64,000 nt of DNA from NCBI RefSeq assembly GCF_036321535.1, contig NC_087436.1, positions 70,310,001-70,374,000 of the forward strand. The letters run 5' to 3'. The notes beneath the pieces are model-generated. The model worked only from the letters and a program-made list of their open reading frames with translations. It did no database searches and had not been told where the DNA came from. This document shows, one piece after another, positions 24,818-36,515 of this stretch (position 1 is its first letter; each line of letters opens with the position of its first letter). The DNA is from Camelus dromedarius. Its lineage: Eukaryota. A program made the position numbers and the translations under genes.

Positions 24818-25496
24818 AATCTGTATTTTGGATTATTTCTTTAAGATAAATTTTTCAAAAGTGAAATTAAGTGGGCCTAGGGATACAGATTTTTTTAAAG
24901 TAAATATACCCAAACTGCTTTCCAAAGATGTTCTATTAATTTTTACTTAATGTAATTTGACCCTGAGGCATTCACATTTTTTATCTAGGTACTTTTTAGA
25001 GGGGAAAAACTAATAAAATTATACATAATTTGCTGAAGATGATACACAGTATTTTTTGGGTAAATTTCTAGTAAGTATTTTATTTTTAACATTTGTAATT
25101 GCATACGAAAACCCCAGCAGTTTGTAGTCTCAAAAATATCATTCATAGGATTAGAAGAAAAAATTTTGTATGGGCTCTTAGGTTATCCTGAAGAACTAGA
25201 AAATGATATCCTGGCTAATAGTTAATTTTCTTATTTGGTACAATGTTAAACTAAGAGCCAAAACTAACGTCTTCAAGGCTATCAAATTTTATTACAGACT
25301 TTTGATTTAGTTTTAAGCATTTGTATTTTTAGAACAACTAGCTGATTATTATTTTTATAATTAGGTGGTGAATCAGGATTGGTCCTCTAAATTATCTTCA
25401 TATAGCAGACTTTGGGATTGCTTTGGGCAAGAGAGATTACATTTATTAGGAAATCCAAATAAAAGGAGATGTGTGGCCATTGTTTATGTGATTAAT

Positions 25497-25810
25497 TTTT
25501 TATTGTGGTAAAAGACACATATAATAATTTTACCATCTTAACCATTTTTAAATGTACAGCTCAGCAGTATTAAGTATTTATATTGTGTGAAACAGATCTC
25601 TGGAAGTTTTCGTCTTGCAGAACCGAAACTCTGTACTCTTTAAACAACTCTCCTTTGCTCCCTTCCCCCAGCTCCTGGTTACTGTCATTCTGCTTTTTAT
25701 ATCTCTGAATCTTGACTACTTTAGATACCTCATATAATTGGAATCATACAGTATTTGTCATTTTTGTGACTGCCTTATTTCACCGAGTATAATGTCCTTA
25801 AGTGTATTCG
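25497..25810 (-). mobile_element. L1MB-like 3' end
   Basis: tttttattgtggtaaaa...taccatcttaaccatttttaaatgtacag...ggaatcatacagtatttgtc. Confidence 0.75.
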
Positions 25811-25974
25811 GAAAAAGTTTCAAACTTCTGTTCACTCTCTGTATTGTAACAAGCCCATTTAATTTTAATATACATGCCCTATTTTGTTATTTCAGTATTA
25901 TTCACAGTGCATAGCAAATTGATCCTAAGTGCTTTCCAGATGAACCAAGTTCACTTCTGATAGATTTTATTAAG

Positions 25975-26605
25975 TGTATCAGGTAAATTTAAAGTAACAC
26001 GTACTGCTATAGTAAACTCTAAAATCTCTGGTTTAAGACAATAAAATTCCATTTCTCAGTCAGAGAACAGTACAATATGGTATTGAGTGGATGGCATACC
26101 ATGCTATGACTGAGAGACCTCAGCCCCTTCTAGCTTGTGGCTCATCGAACCTCTGGGACAGCACTTCAAACTTTAATGTTCATTAGAGTCACTTGAAGGA
26201 CTTGCTAGACCATAGGCCTAGGCCTCATCCCTAGTTTTTCATTTAATAGGTTTGATGGGGAAATACCAATAACTTGCATTTCCCACAAGTTCCCAAGTGA
26301 TGTTGTTGCTGCTGTTTTGGGGACCATACTTCAATACCCCTGCCCTGGAGCTGAAGTTGAAAACTGCTGCTAGGGCCTTGGTTTCCTTTTGCTTCCAGAT
26401 GATGGATAAAGAAAGAATCATATTTATGAGGCTTCTGTGAGTCCAGCCTGGACCTGATATGCACTGCTTCTGCCCTACTTCCTCTGTCTAGAAGTGAGTC
26501 CCATGGCCACAGTTAATTGCAAGCGAGACTGGGAAATAAAGCCTAGCTCTAAGGCCAGGAAGAAAAGCAACCTGGTGTTAGGGAACACATAGCAGTGCCT
26601 GCCAC
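25975..26605. mobile_element. MaLR MLT1-like LTR interrupted by MER5A
   Basis: Begins tgtatcagg and ends ...gtgcctgccaca; MLT1-type internal motifs (catggccaca...tgcaagcgagactgggaaat). Confidence 0.55.
26159..26342. mobile_element. MER5A-like hAT-Charlie MITE
   Basis: ~185 bp; contains ttgcatttcccacaagttcccaagtgatgttgttgctgctg...gaccatactt; flanked by degenerate 8-mers ctctggga/ccctggag. Confidence 0.7.
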
Positions 26606-27659
26606 ACACAATTTCTAAATAGAAGTACCTTAAATTTATTTTTTAATGTAACTTCAACTCAAAAGTGCTATGTTAAATTAATTAATCTGGAAGTTGTTGA
26701 AATTTATTTTAAAGTTGATGATTTTGGTGAGAGGTATTTGTGCAGCAAAGACAACCTGAAATAGCTCAAAGATAAAGACAAAAAATTGTTTTTCATGGTT
26801 AGTTTTATTTTAAAAAAAAACTCAGGTGTATTTTCACTAGTGAATCTGTATTTATGTCATTAGTGAATTCTCTATTGTATAATTATGTAAAGTTGTCCAT
26901 GTCTAAAATAAAATTATGAAAATACAGAGCACCAGCACCAGTTAATCATCCACATACTATCTGAATATCTCCCTTCAAGAAATCAAATGTAAGTATTGTT
27001 TACTTTATAGTTATACTTCAGTATTTAATAGCAGAGCAACATTTTGGAAAGAATGTGGCTTTAGAATCAGTCTTAGGTTTGAATCCTCGCTTTGCTGCTT
27101 ACCTGGCATATTGATATTAATGAGTTATTCAACATTTTAAGCTCCTTTTTAAAATTTATTAACTAGGTTTCATAGGTTTGATATAATGTATGTAAAGTTT
27201 TTCATATAGTCCTTGGCATAAAATAGACAATAAATGGTAGGTATTGTTATAATTATCATTAAAATTGAAGTACATTTTCGTAATGAAAGGATATTTTGAA
27301 TAGTGAACATATTAGTTCTTCAACAGATATTCTCTATTTTCTAATTCTGAGACATATAAAATAAACTTTTGGAAAACATATGCCCTTTGTGCTCACATTC
27401 CTATACACACTTATTTTTTTAAAAACATGCCACATAATCAATGGATAATGTAACCGAGGATAGAGCAGACTAATCCAAGACTTAAATTTTCTGTTTTGAA
27501 TTAACATTTATGCTGCAGAGAATTCCATGTATACATGAATACTGCCACCACCACCTTGCCCTTCTTTTTTAGTATCAAATAAATCTTTTCATTAAGTGAA
27601 AAAAACTTTTTATATTTAATATTGAATAACTTAATATTTATGTATTTACTATTTTAATA

Positions 27660-28406
27660 TATTTTTTATTAAGATGTAATTGACCTACAATATTGTATTA
27701 GTTTCAGGTGTACAATATAGTAATTCAACATTTGTATACATAGTGAAATTACCACCACAGTAAGTCTAGTTACCATTTGTCACCATACAAACAAGAACAA
27801 GATTTTGTTCTCTTTTATGGCCAAATAGTTTTCCATTGTATACATATACCGCATCTTTATCCATTCACCTATCGACGGACACTTAGGTTTCCATATTTTG
27901 GCTATTGTAAATAAAGCTGCAGTGAACATAGGGGTACATATATCTTTTCCAATTAGTGTTTTTGTCTTCTGCAGATAGATACCCAGAAGTTGAGTTGTTG
28001 GATCATGTGGTAGCTCTATTTTTAATTTTTTGAGGAACCTCCATACTGTTTTCCACAGTGGCTGCACCAATTTACATTCCCACCAGCAGTGAATGAGGGT
28101 TCCCTTTTCTCCACAACCTCACCAACACTTGTTATTTCTTGTGTTTTTGATAATAGCCATTCTGAAAGGTATAAGTTAATATCTCATTGTGGTTTTGATT
28201 TGCATTTCCCTGATGACTAGTGATTTATAGATCTTTTCATGAGCCTGTTGGCTGTATGTCTTTGGGAAAATGTCTATTTAGATTTTCTACTAGTTTTTTA
28301 ATCGGATAGTTTGTTTTTTTGTTACTGAGTTGTATAAGTTCTTTATATATTTTGGATCTTAACCCCTTATTGGATATGTTTTGTAGATATCTTCTTCCAT
28401 TCAGTA
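27660..28406 (-). mobile_element. L1 3' segment (3'UTR + ORF2 C-terminus) of a 5'-inverted insertion
   Basis: Minus-strand ORF 27780-28070 reads [21 protein letters not shown]...CTPMFTAALFTIAKIW, the L1 ORF2 C-terminal region. Confidence 0.92.
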
Positions 28407-29495
28407 CAAAGTCCTAGCCACAGCAATTAGGCAAGAAAAAGAAATGGAAAACATACAAATTGGAAAGGAAGAAGTAAAACTGTCATTATTTATAGATGAC
28501 ATGATATTATGTATAGAAAACCCTTAAGACTCCACCAAAAATTGTTAGAACTCATTAATGAATTCAGTAGAGTTGTAGGACACAAAATTAATATGCAAAA
28601 ATCTGTTGTGTTTCTATACATTAGTAATATCAGAAAGAAGAAGTCAAGAAAACAATCTCATTTATAATTGCATCAAAAGAATAACATACTTAGGAGTAAA
28701 TTTAACCAAGGAGGTGAAAAGACCTGTACACTAAATTTGTAAGACATTTATGAAAAAAATTAAAGAAGACACAAATAAATGGAAAGATATTTTGTGCTCA
28801 TGGATTAGAAGAATTAATATTGTTAAAATGTCCATACTACCCCAAACAATGTACAGAGTCATTGCAGTGGCTATGAAAATTTCAGTGGTATTTTTCACAG
28901 AACTAAGAATTTCACAGAAATTTCACAGAACTAGAATTCGTATGGAACCACAGAAGATCCTGAATAGCCAAAGGAATCTTGAGAAAGAACAAAGCTGGAG
29001 GTATCACACGCCCTGATTTCAAACTATACTATAGAGCTATAGGAAATCAAAACTCTATGGCACTAGCATAAAAACAGACACACGGATCAATGGAATGGAG
29101 TAGAATAGATAAACCCATGCATGTATGGTCAGTTAATTTACAGTAAAATAGGCAAGAATATACAGTGGGGAAGGACAGTCTCTTCAATACTGGGATGTTG
29201 GGGAAACTGGATAGCTACCTCTAAAAGAATGAAACTGGACCACTATCTTACACCATATAGAAAAATTAACTAAAAATGGATTAAAAACTTGAAGGTAAGA
29301 CTTGAAATAATAAAACTCATAGAAGAAAACATAGGCAGTAAGCTTCTTGACATAGGTCTTAGTGATGTTTTTTGGATCTGACTCCAAAGGCAAGGGAAAT
29401 AAAAGGAAAAATAAACAAATGGGGCCACACCAAATTTAAAAGTTTTTCACAGTGAAAAAAATTATCAGCAAAGTGAAAAAGCCATCTACTGAATG
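28407..29495 (+). mobile_element. Inverted L1 ORF2 segment (RT domain onward, degenerate)
   Basis: Reads [11 protein letters not shown]...[13 protein letters not shown](I)DDMILY and KKIKEDTNKWKDILCSWIRRINIVKMSILP; contains stops and frameshifts. Confidence 0.92.
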
Positions 29496-31794
29496 AAAAA
29501 CCTTTGCCATCAGATGAGTGCTAGCACCTGCCATGAAATCAGCTGTTACTTGTGAATGATTAATGAATCATGACTGATAATTTTTTTCATAAATTTTTTC
29601 ATAACTGTATCTCTGTATCACTTTTTTCCCCTCAAGCTGTTTTGAATTTCAGTTGCTTTAAAATAATCACAACTCTCCTCCTTTCTGAAAAATAAATTTG
29701 CCTAAAATCTGGTGTCAGTACTGAAAGAATTTTAATGTGGCCTAATATTTCTGTTTTATTGGAGTTTTGTTTTTGTTTTTGTTTTTTGTTTTCCCCACTG
29801 TGGGTATATGCCTAAATTTTTGGTCCTACTCAGACCCTTTTTCAGGAGTAGTTGAAATCTAAGAAAGATAAGGAAGTTTTATTAAGAGCTTGTTGATCTG
29901 TCAAAAGTTTACAACATTATCTTAGGCCTGCCAAACTTTACTTAAATGACAATACATGATGAAAATATACACAACTTTAATTAAATTTTCTTTTGAGGAG
30001 GGAATGTTTGCAATAGTTGGAAGTACTGGATAAGGGACACACAAACAGCTGAGAACAAGGAAGGAAGCAGATCATTTGAGTGGCCAAAATGGAGGTCCCA
30101 AAATTATGCATTAAAGTTAATGTGGTTTAGTCATAGGGTATGTAATTACACTTTTGTCACAATCTAATAAACTTATTTTTTATTAGGGCTGTCAAGGGAG
30201 GAACTGTGAAGAGGCAGCCATGTCAACAACTTGACATGAAAGGAGGAAACAGGAAAACTGAAAAACAGACATAAACTGAAGAGTAATGGCAATTTGAGCT
30301 CATTTAGTTTAAGATGAAATAGCAACGTAAACATTTTGTGCCTGATATTTTTATGTGCCGAATAGAGACTTACGCTGTTTGGCTAACTTCTCTTATAAAT
30401 CCAGCAGTCACTGTTCATAAAGTTGTCTCGGACACTAATTTTCAAACTGCTATACTTACTATGGTGGGAAAATATACACTTGTGTCCTCTTTATAAAAAT
30501 AACTACACGAAAAGTTTTGGTTGGGTTGATAAACTTCATTTAGCCTGAAAAATTCACTTGCATGAAACGTTTTCTCCATGGAGGATGATGAATAAGTGGG
30601 CAATTTATAATTAAATCAGCAAAGCTCTTGAAACTCTAATAAAAATAAATTTATTCTTTAAGCAGTTTGGGAAGGCAACTACTATACCCTAATTTCAGTC
30701 CATCATCTGCTCAGTATTTCCTAAACAGACCTATTGTTGACTGTTAGCTTCTTGCCGTTTTATGCTTTTTCTTCTTCAGTTTTGAAAGGAAGTTTCACTT
30801 AATTATGTGGTTTGTGGTATGAAATTTAAATTCTGCCTCCAAGTGCCATGTGTTTGTGTGGTTTTTAGTTCTTAACTGAAACTTTGAGGTCCGTTGTAGT
30901 ATTTACACTTCTGAACTCCATCCCCCCACCCCGCTCCCCCCGGAATAAAACCACCTACTTTGAGCATGGACTTTCAGAAGTGTTCAGGGGTATTTATTTG
31001 AACTAGGATTGAGAATATGAATTAAGCGGTCATATTTTATTCCTTAAAAGTTAATAAACAAGATTAAAGACTTGATACAGCTTTGGGGGGAATCTTTACG
31101 TAGCTTGACATTATAGAAAAGGCTGATGAAGCATCTCTGGGTCCTGGGTTTTTGTTTTTTCTTTTTTAATCTGACAACTCATATCAAAAGTATTATACTA
31201 TATTCTGTTACTGTGCAATTTTAATTTAAAAAGACAGAAAATACTATCACACAAGGGAAGAAATTTCAGTGGCTTCTTTCTGTTCACCCCCTTATTTTTA
31301 TTTGGAAGCCTGGAATGATAGGAATTGCTGAGTTTGGCCTGTAGCAGTGAAGTGGCAATGGATAGGTCTCAGATGCTCAAAATTATTTTCTATATTTTTT
31401 GCAAATTAGAGATTCATTTAGGATACCAAGCTTCTTTTTAAAAAAAAAAAACCCGAAGATTACGTAAGATATTCCCTAACATAAGTTGCTTTAATCAGAC
31501 TATATAAAAATCTAATAACAAGAAATTGGCTATATAGAATATAGAATATTTTAGTGGATACTGTGGTTGGAGAGAGATTAACAATAGGCCCCACGTAAGT
31601 ATCTCAGGGGTTTTTAAGTGTGAAAGGAATACTGGAAGGAACCTAAGATGACTTTGTGTATTTAATTACTTAAACACATAGTACTTTGTCCAAAGTAGAT
31701 GCTAAGCTAGAAACCTGAAGAAAGCAGTGAAACATGTTAGTAGTTAACTTCCGTGATATTTTGAGAGTAATGAATAATTTTATTATTTCCAGAG

Positions 31795-31950
31795 GCAAGT
31801 GTGAATATCTCATTGTTTTGATTTGTGTTTGTCTAAGTCAGCAATGTTGAGCATCTTTTCATGTGCCTGTTGGCCATCTGTCTATCTTCTTTGGCAAAAT
31901 ATCTATCAGATCTTTTGCTCATTTTTAGATTTGGTTGTTTGTCTTTTTAA
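31795..31950 (-). mobile_element. Short L1 ORF2 fragment just upstream of DCK exon 3
   Basis: atgttgagcatcttttcatgtgcctgttggccatctgtctatcttctttgg; standard antisense L1 ORF2 sequence. Confidence 0.75.
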
Positions 31951-32047
31951 TTTATCCAACTTCTTTTTTTTTCCAACTTAAAAAAAATTTAAATAGCCCT
32001 ATTAATCATTATTTTGCTTTTTGCTTCTTTTTTCAAATTCAAAATAG

Positions 32048-32241
32048 GAACTGACAACGTCTCAGAAGAGTGGTGGAAATGTTCTTCAGATGATGTATGA
32101 GAAACCTGAACGATGGTCTTTTACCTTCCAATCATATGCCTGCCTCAGTCGAATCCGAGCACAGCTTGCTGCTCTCAATGGCAAGCTCAAAGATGCGGAG
32201 GAACCTGTGTTATTTTTTGAACGATCTGTGTATAGTGACAG
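32048..32241 (+). CDS. DCK: DCK exon 3 (194 nt)
   Basis: aatag|[67 protein letters not shown](R). Ser74-Gln phosphosite (32060-32062), R104, ERS motif and D133 are intact; donor CAG|gtatat. Confidence 0.97.
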
Positions 32242-32644
32242 GTATATATAAATGATAGTACTTGTCAGTTTAGAATATTGGCTTAGAACTGGACTTTTTT
32301 CCCCCTGTTTCCTGGGAATCAAAGTAATAAGAGAGGTTGAGTTGGAGATTTGAGTTGGAAGATGGCATTTCAATACCTTCAGCAGTTTGGAACCAGTGGC
32401 TTTAGGGAAGTTCTACATAATTGCTAGCTGCTATGGAAACTGCGGTGGAATGTGGTGGTCATCTCATCTCATTCAAATTTGCAAAGAATTCTTTTCCTCC
32501 AACTCTCTTAAAGTTCTTATCTGCTCTGGTTAAATCTGGATCTGTATTCTAGACTTGTACCTGGAGCAAGGAGATCATATATCTCTAAGGAGGGCTTGGA
32601 ATTACCTGCTTATTTTGTGAGGGTTCTTTTACTAGCTTAAAATT

Positions 32645-33066
32645 GAGGTTCTCAAACTTCAGGACCCCTTTCCATTCTTACCAGTTATTAAGGAGCCCAA
32701 AGAGCTGTGTGTCTTAGTGATATTTATGTTAGTAGAAATTAAGATTGACAAATATAAAAAATTATTACTGTACTTTAAGTTAGAAATAATAAATCTATTA
32801 TATATCAATATAAATAACATACTTGTGAAAATTATATTTTTCAAAACAAAAAATTAGAAAAGTAGCATTTTTTACATTTTTGCAAATCTCTTTCGTGTCT
32901 GACTTAATAGAAGTCAACTGGATGCTCATTTGTGCTTCTATTTTTAAGCTGTTGTAATATGTTCTTTTCTTTGAAGTATAGCGTATAAATTAATCTGGCC
33001 TCAAAAAACCCCCAGAAGGATCTTGGACTACCAGTGGTTCTCATACCATATTTTTGGGAACCGCTG
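32645..33066. mobile_element. hAT Charlie1-like non-autonomous DNA transposon in DCK intron 3
   Basis: Termini gaggttctcaaact...tttgggaaccgctg form degenerate inverted repeats; internal caggacccctttccattctt...gagcccaaagagct is typical of Charlie1. Confidence 0.65.
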
Positions 33067-33263
33067 ACCAAGGCCATATATTCTATGGTTGGAGATACTC
33101 CTGTTATTTTTTTTTCTGTTGTTATTTTTTTTTCTGCTAACGAAAGCATTATCTGCCTTGGGTTTTAGGAGAATGTTTCAAGTCTATTAGAAATTGGATC
33201 TAATTTCTTTTTTCTTTGTGCTTTTTGGAAAGAATTTATGTGTTGACGTAGACTCTCTTTCAG

Positions 33264-33411
33264 GTATATTTTTGCATCTAATTTGTATGAATCTGACTGC
33301 ATGAATGAAACAGAGTGGACCATTTATCAAGACTGGCATGACTGGATGAATAACCAGTTTGGCCAAAGCCTTGAACTGGATGGAATAATTTATCTTCGAG
33401 CCACTCCAGAG
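33264..33411 (+). CDS. DCK: DCK exon 4 (148 nt)
   Basis: tttcag|[53 protein letters not shown]; donor GAG|gtgaga. Confidence 0.97.
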
Positions 33412-34806
33412 GTGAGACTCAGTAAAAATCTGTTTGCTCCATTGACATTTCGAAGTAATAGTTAGAAATCCTTTCAATGGTATGCAGTGAAGGCAATTCA
33501 GTTAACTTCACTCTCCACCTCCAAATTAGAAACTCATAACTGTGTAGATAGGAGCATTCTATTTTCTCAGCAAACTGTAAACCCAGATTTGGAAGTTGCT
33601 CTTGTAGGCGCTTTCTCTGGTCTTCCTCAGTTCCATTCTTCATTATTTGTTCCTAACTATTGCTTATCTATCATAGCTAGATTAAGAAACTTGCCCAAGC
33701 AACTCTTACAATGTAGGCTTCATGAGGTGGGACTTTGGATATTTTAATTACTGTTGAATTTCCAGTGCCTAGAACAGGGCCTGAGTACATAGTAGGAGCT
33801 CAATTAAGTATTTGCTGAATCAGTGGCAAAGTTGATAGAGGTTCATTTCAAGAAATCTTTTATGGTTATTTGTGGCTTGGAATGTGGCTTGAAATGGGTA
33901 GGTGGTAGCAGCTGCAGTTGAAAAGAGACCTAGAAGACCCTTGTCAACTTGAAAGTGTGCCTTTCATGATAGGCTGTAAATAGCTATTCTTGTTTACATA
34001 TGAAATTATGTAATGATTCCAGGAAGACCAAGTACATAGATGCCTTTCATAAAATTAACCTAAGAGTTTACATTTGTTAAGAAATTTCTGGTTTTGCTGC
34101 TTGCATCCCCATTTTTCTCTTGTTTTTTATTCCTGGTTTTTCCCTAAGTCACAAAGTAGGCTCTGATGAACGTGTTGCTATTGAAGCTGAATTTTCAAAG
34201 AAACTAGGTTTGTAATGATTTTGTTCCTCTTCTAATATCAAGTAAGCTAGAATTTAACAATAACAATTTTGAAATTCACTTTTATTTTTGAAAAGAATTT
34301 TTCGTTTTTATTATGAATTATAGACGAATATGAAGAATACAAATAATTTCATTATGCTAGAAACATTCATAGTCAATATCTTAATGTGTAAAACAAAATT
34401 TTATTTCATCAATATTGTTTATGATATCATTTGATTAGAGGATCATTTAAATTTGAAAAGAGGGAATTTATAATAGACTTTGAAGCACAGTTTGTATACT
34501 GAACCTTTTAATTTTTTGTTTTTTAAACAAACTTATTTTATGCAGTATATTTCAAGTATGGATGTCAAAAGTTTATAGACATATTTTGACTTATTTTTGA
34601 GAGTACTCCTTGGTTCAGAGCCACCAGGTGGTTGAAAAGCATAGGGAGGGAAAAAATGAACTATTCCACCTTTCTAGTAGAAATAAATAGAGATTTTGGC
34701 TGGCACAACTAAAGAGACACTGAAGAAAAAAAATTTAATGACAGCTGACAAGAATAAGTGTTCCTTGCCTCCCTCACTCCTCTTATCCCTTACTGCTTGC
34801 TTTTAG

Positions 34807-34922
34807 AAATGCTTGAATAGAATATATTTACGGGGAAGAAGTGAAGAACAAGGTATTCCACTTGAATACTTACAGAAGCTTCACTGTAAGCATGAAAGCT
34901 GGCTCCTGCATAGAACACTAAA
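34807..34922 (+). CDS. DCK: DCK exon 5 (116 nt)
   Basis: ttttag|[41 protein letters not shown](K), containing the lid RxxxRGR motif; donor AA|gtaagg. Confidence 0.97.
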
Positions 34923-35058
34923 GTAAGGTTTCCTTATTCTTATTTACTCTTCATTTTTAATACCTTTATCAAACATTAATCCAAACAAGTACAGTTTTTC
35001 CTTTTCAGCCATTTTTATTTATTAGTTTTGTAGGATCTCCCAGAATTAAGTGGATTTT

Positions 35059-35180
35059 TTTTTTTTCAGGGGGGTGGTAATTAGGTATTTATTTATTTAT
35101 TTAAATGGAGGTACTGGGGATTGAACCCAGGACCTTGTGCATGCCAAGCATGCACTTTACCACTGAGCTATACCCGCCCC
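35059..35180 (-). mobile_element. tRNA-derived SINE, Vic-1-like
   Basis: ggaggtactggggattgaacccaggaccttgtgcatgccaagcatgcactttaccactgagctatacc; internal (TATT)n; poly-T tail. Confidence 0.85.
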
Positions 35181-35319
35181 ACTAGGTGTGGATTTTGATT
35201 CTTTTTATTTTCTTAAAGTCTTTGTAGCTAATCTCCCCCAGTGTTATTTGCGACATAATATATGGAATTTCACATTAAGTGATAAAGTAGGAAATATATC
35301 TATATACATTATTTAAGTA

Positions 35320-35761
35320 CAAGCATACCTCATTGTATTGCACTTTGCTTTATTGCACTTTGTGGATATTGTACTTTTTACGGATGGAAGGTTTTTGGTA
35401 ACCCTGTGTCAAGCAAGTCTCCCGGAACCATTTTTCCAATAGCATTTGCTAATTCTGTGTTTCTGTGTCACATTTTGTAAATTCTTGCAATGTTTCAAAC
35501 CCTCTGCCAGCAAAAAGATTACAACTTTCCAAAGGGTCAGATGATGGTTAGCATTTTTTAGCAATAAAGTATTTTTCAATTAAGGTATCTACTTTTTCTT
35601 AGACATAATGCTATTGCACACTTAATAGGCTGCATTATAGTGTAAATGTAACTTTTATGCTCACTGGGAAACCTTTTGATTTGTGTGACTTCTTTTGTTG
35701 TGATGTTCACTTTATTGCAGTGGTCTGGACCCAGATCTGCAGTATCTCCTAGATATGCCTC
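35320..35761 (+). mobile_element. Internally deleted Tigger1 (TcMar) derivative
   Basis: TA|caagcatacctc...agatatgcctc|TA, matching Tigger1 termini CAGGCATACCTC/GAGGTATGCCTG. The left and right arms are fused near 35500, with the transposase deleted. Confidence 0.85.
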
Positions 35762-35767
35762 TACTCT

Positions 35768-35917
35768 TTTTTTTTTTTTTTTTTTTTCTTTTTTCTTTTT
35801 TGATGGGGGAGGTATTAGGTATTACTTATTTATTTATCAGAGGAGGTACTGGGGATTGAACCCAGGATCTTGAACATGCTAGGCATGCACTCTACCACTT
35901 GAGCTATACCCTCCCCC
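35768..35917 (-). mobile_element. Young tRNA-derived SINE, Vic-1-like
   Basis: Intact A/B boxes on the minus strand, long T tail, perfect 13-bp TSD ATGCCTCTACTCT at 35755-35767 and 35918-35930. Confidence 0.9.
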
Positions 35918-36424
35918 ATGCCTCTACTCTCGTTCATAGAGAATTTTAAGGTATTTCAAATTTGTTTCTTAGATCACCGTACTTTGTCATTAATCAGATC
36001 TTAGTTCAAATCCATCTCGCATATTAATGTGCAACCTTAGGCAATCTCTGAGCCTCAGAGTGACCTCCCTGAGATTCAGTTTTCTCATCTTTAAAAAAAA
36101 AATTCCTACAACATTGTAAAATGATTATAAATCAATAAAAAATGTTAAACAAAATTCCTACTTTATGGTATGATTTTGGTCTTTGAGGAGAATTACATTT
36201 CACAGTGCCTAGCTTTATATAATTTTATACCTGAGGTTTTGGATATGTATAGTAAATGTAGGTGAGAAAAAAGTGACTACCAGATGAAGTACTTGCAGGA
36301 TAACTTTAATATAAAATGATTGATAACATTTTGATTTTCCAATGATGACATAAGAATAAACTTTTAGTGTTTCTCTTTTATTTACTGCCTTTTCTAATTA
36401 TTTTGTTCATCTCTCCTTAAATAG

Positions 36425-36515
36425 AACCAACTTTGATTATCTACAAGAAGTGCCTATCTTAACACTGGATGTTAATGAAGACTTTAAAGACAAACATGAC
36501 ATTCTGGTTGAAAAG
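36425..36515 (+). CDS. DCK: DCK exon 6 (91 nt)
   Basis: aatag|A ACC: TNFDYLQEVPILTLDVNEDFKDKHDILVEK; donor AAG|gtagat. Confidence 0.97.

Noticed and set aside
27780..29016. Reverse-transcriptase-related ORFs as a novel retroelement or defence system
   Set aside because: These are degenerate fragments of ordinary L1 ORF2 with stops and frameshifts; the FADD motif is mutated to FIDD.
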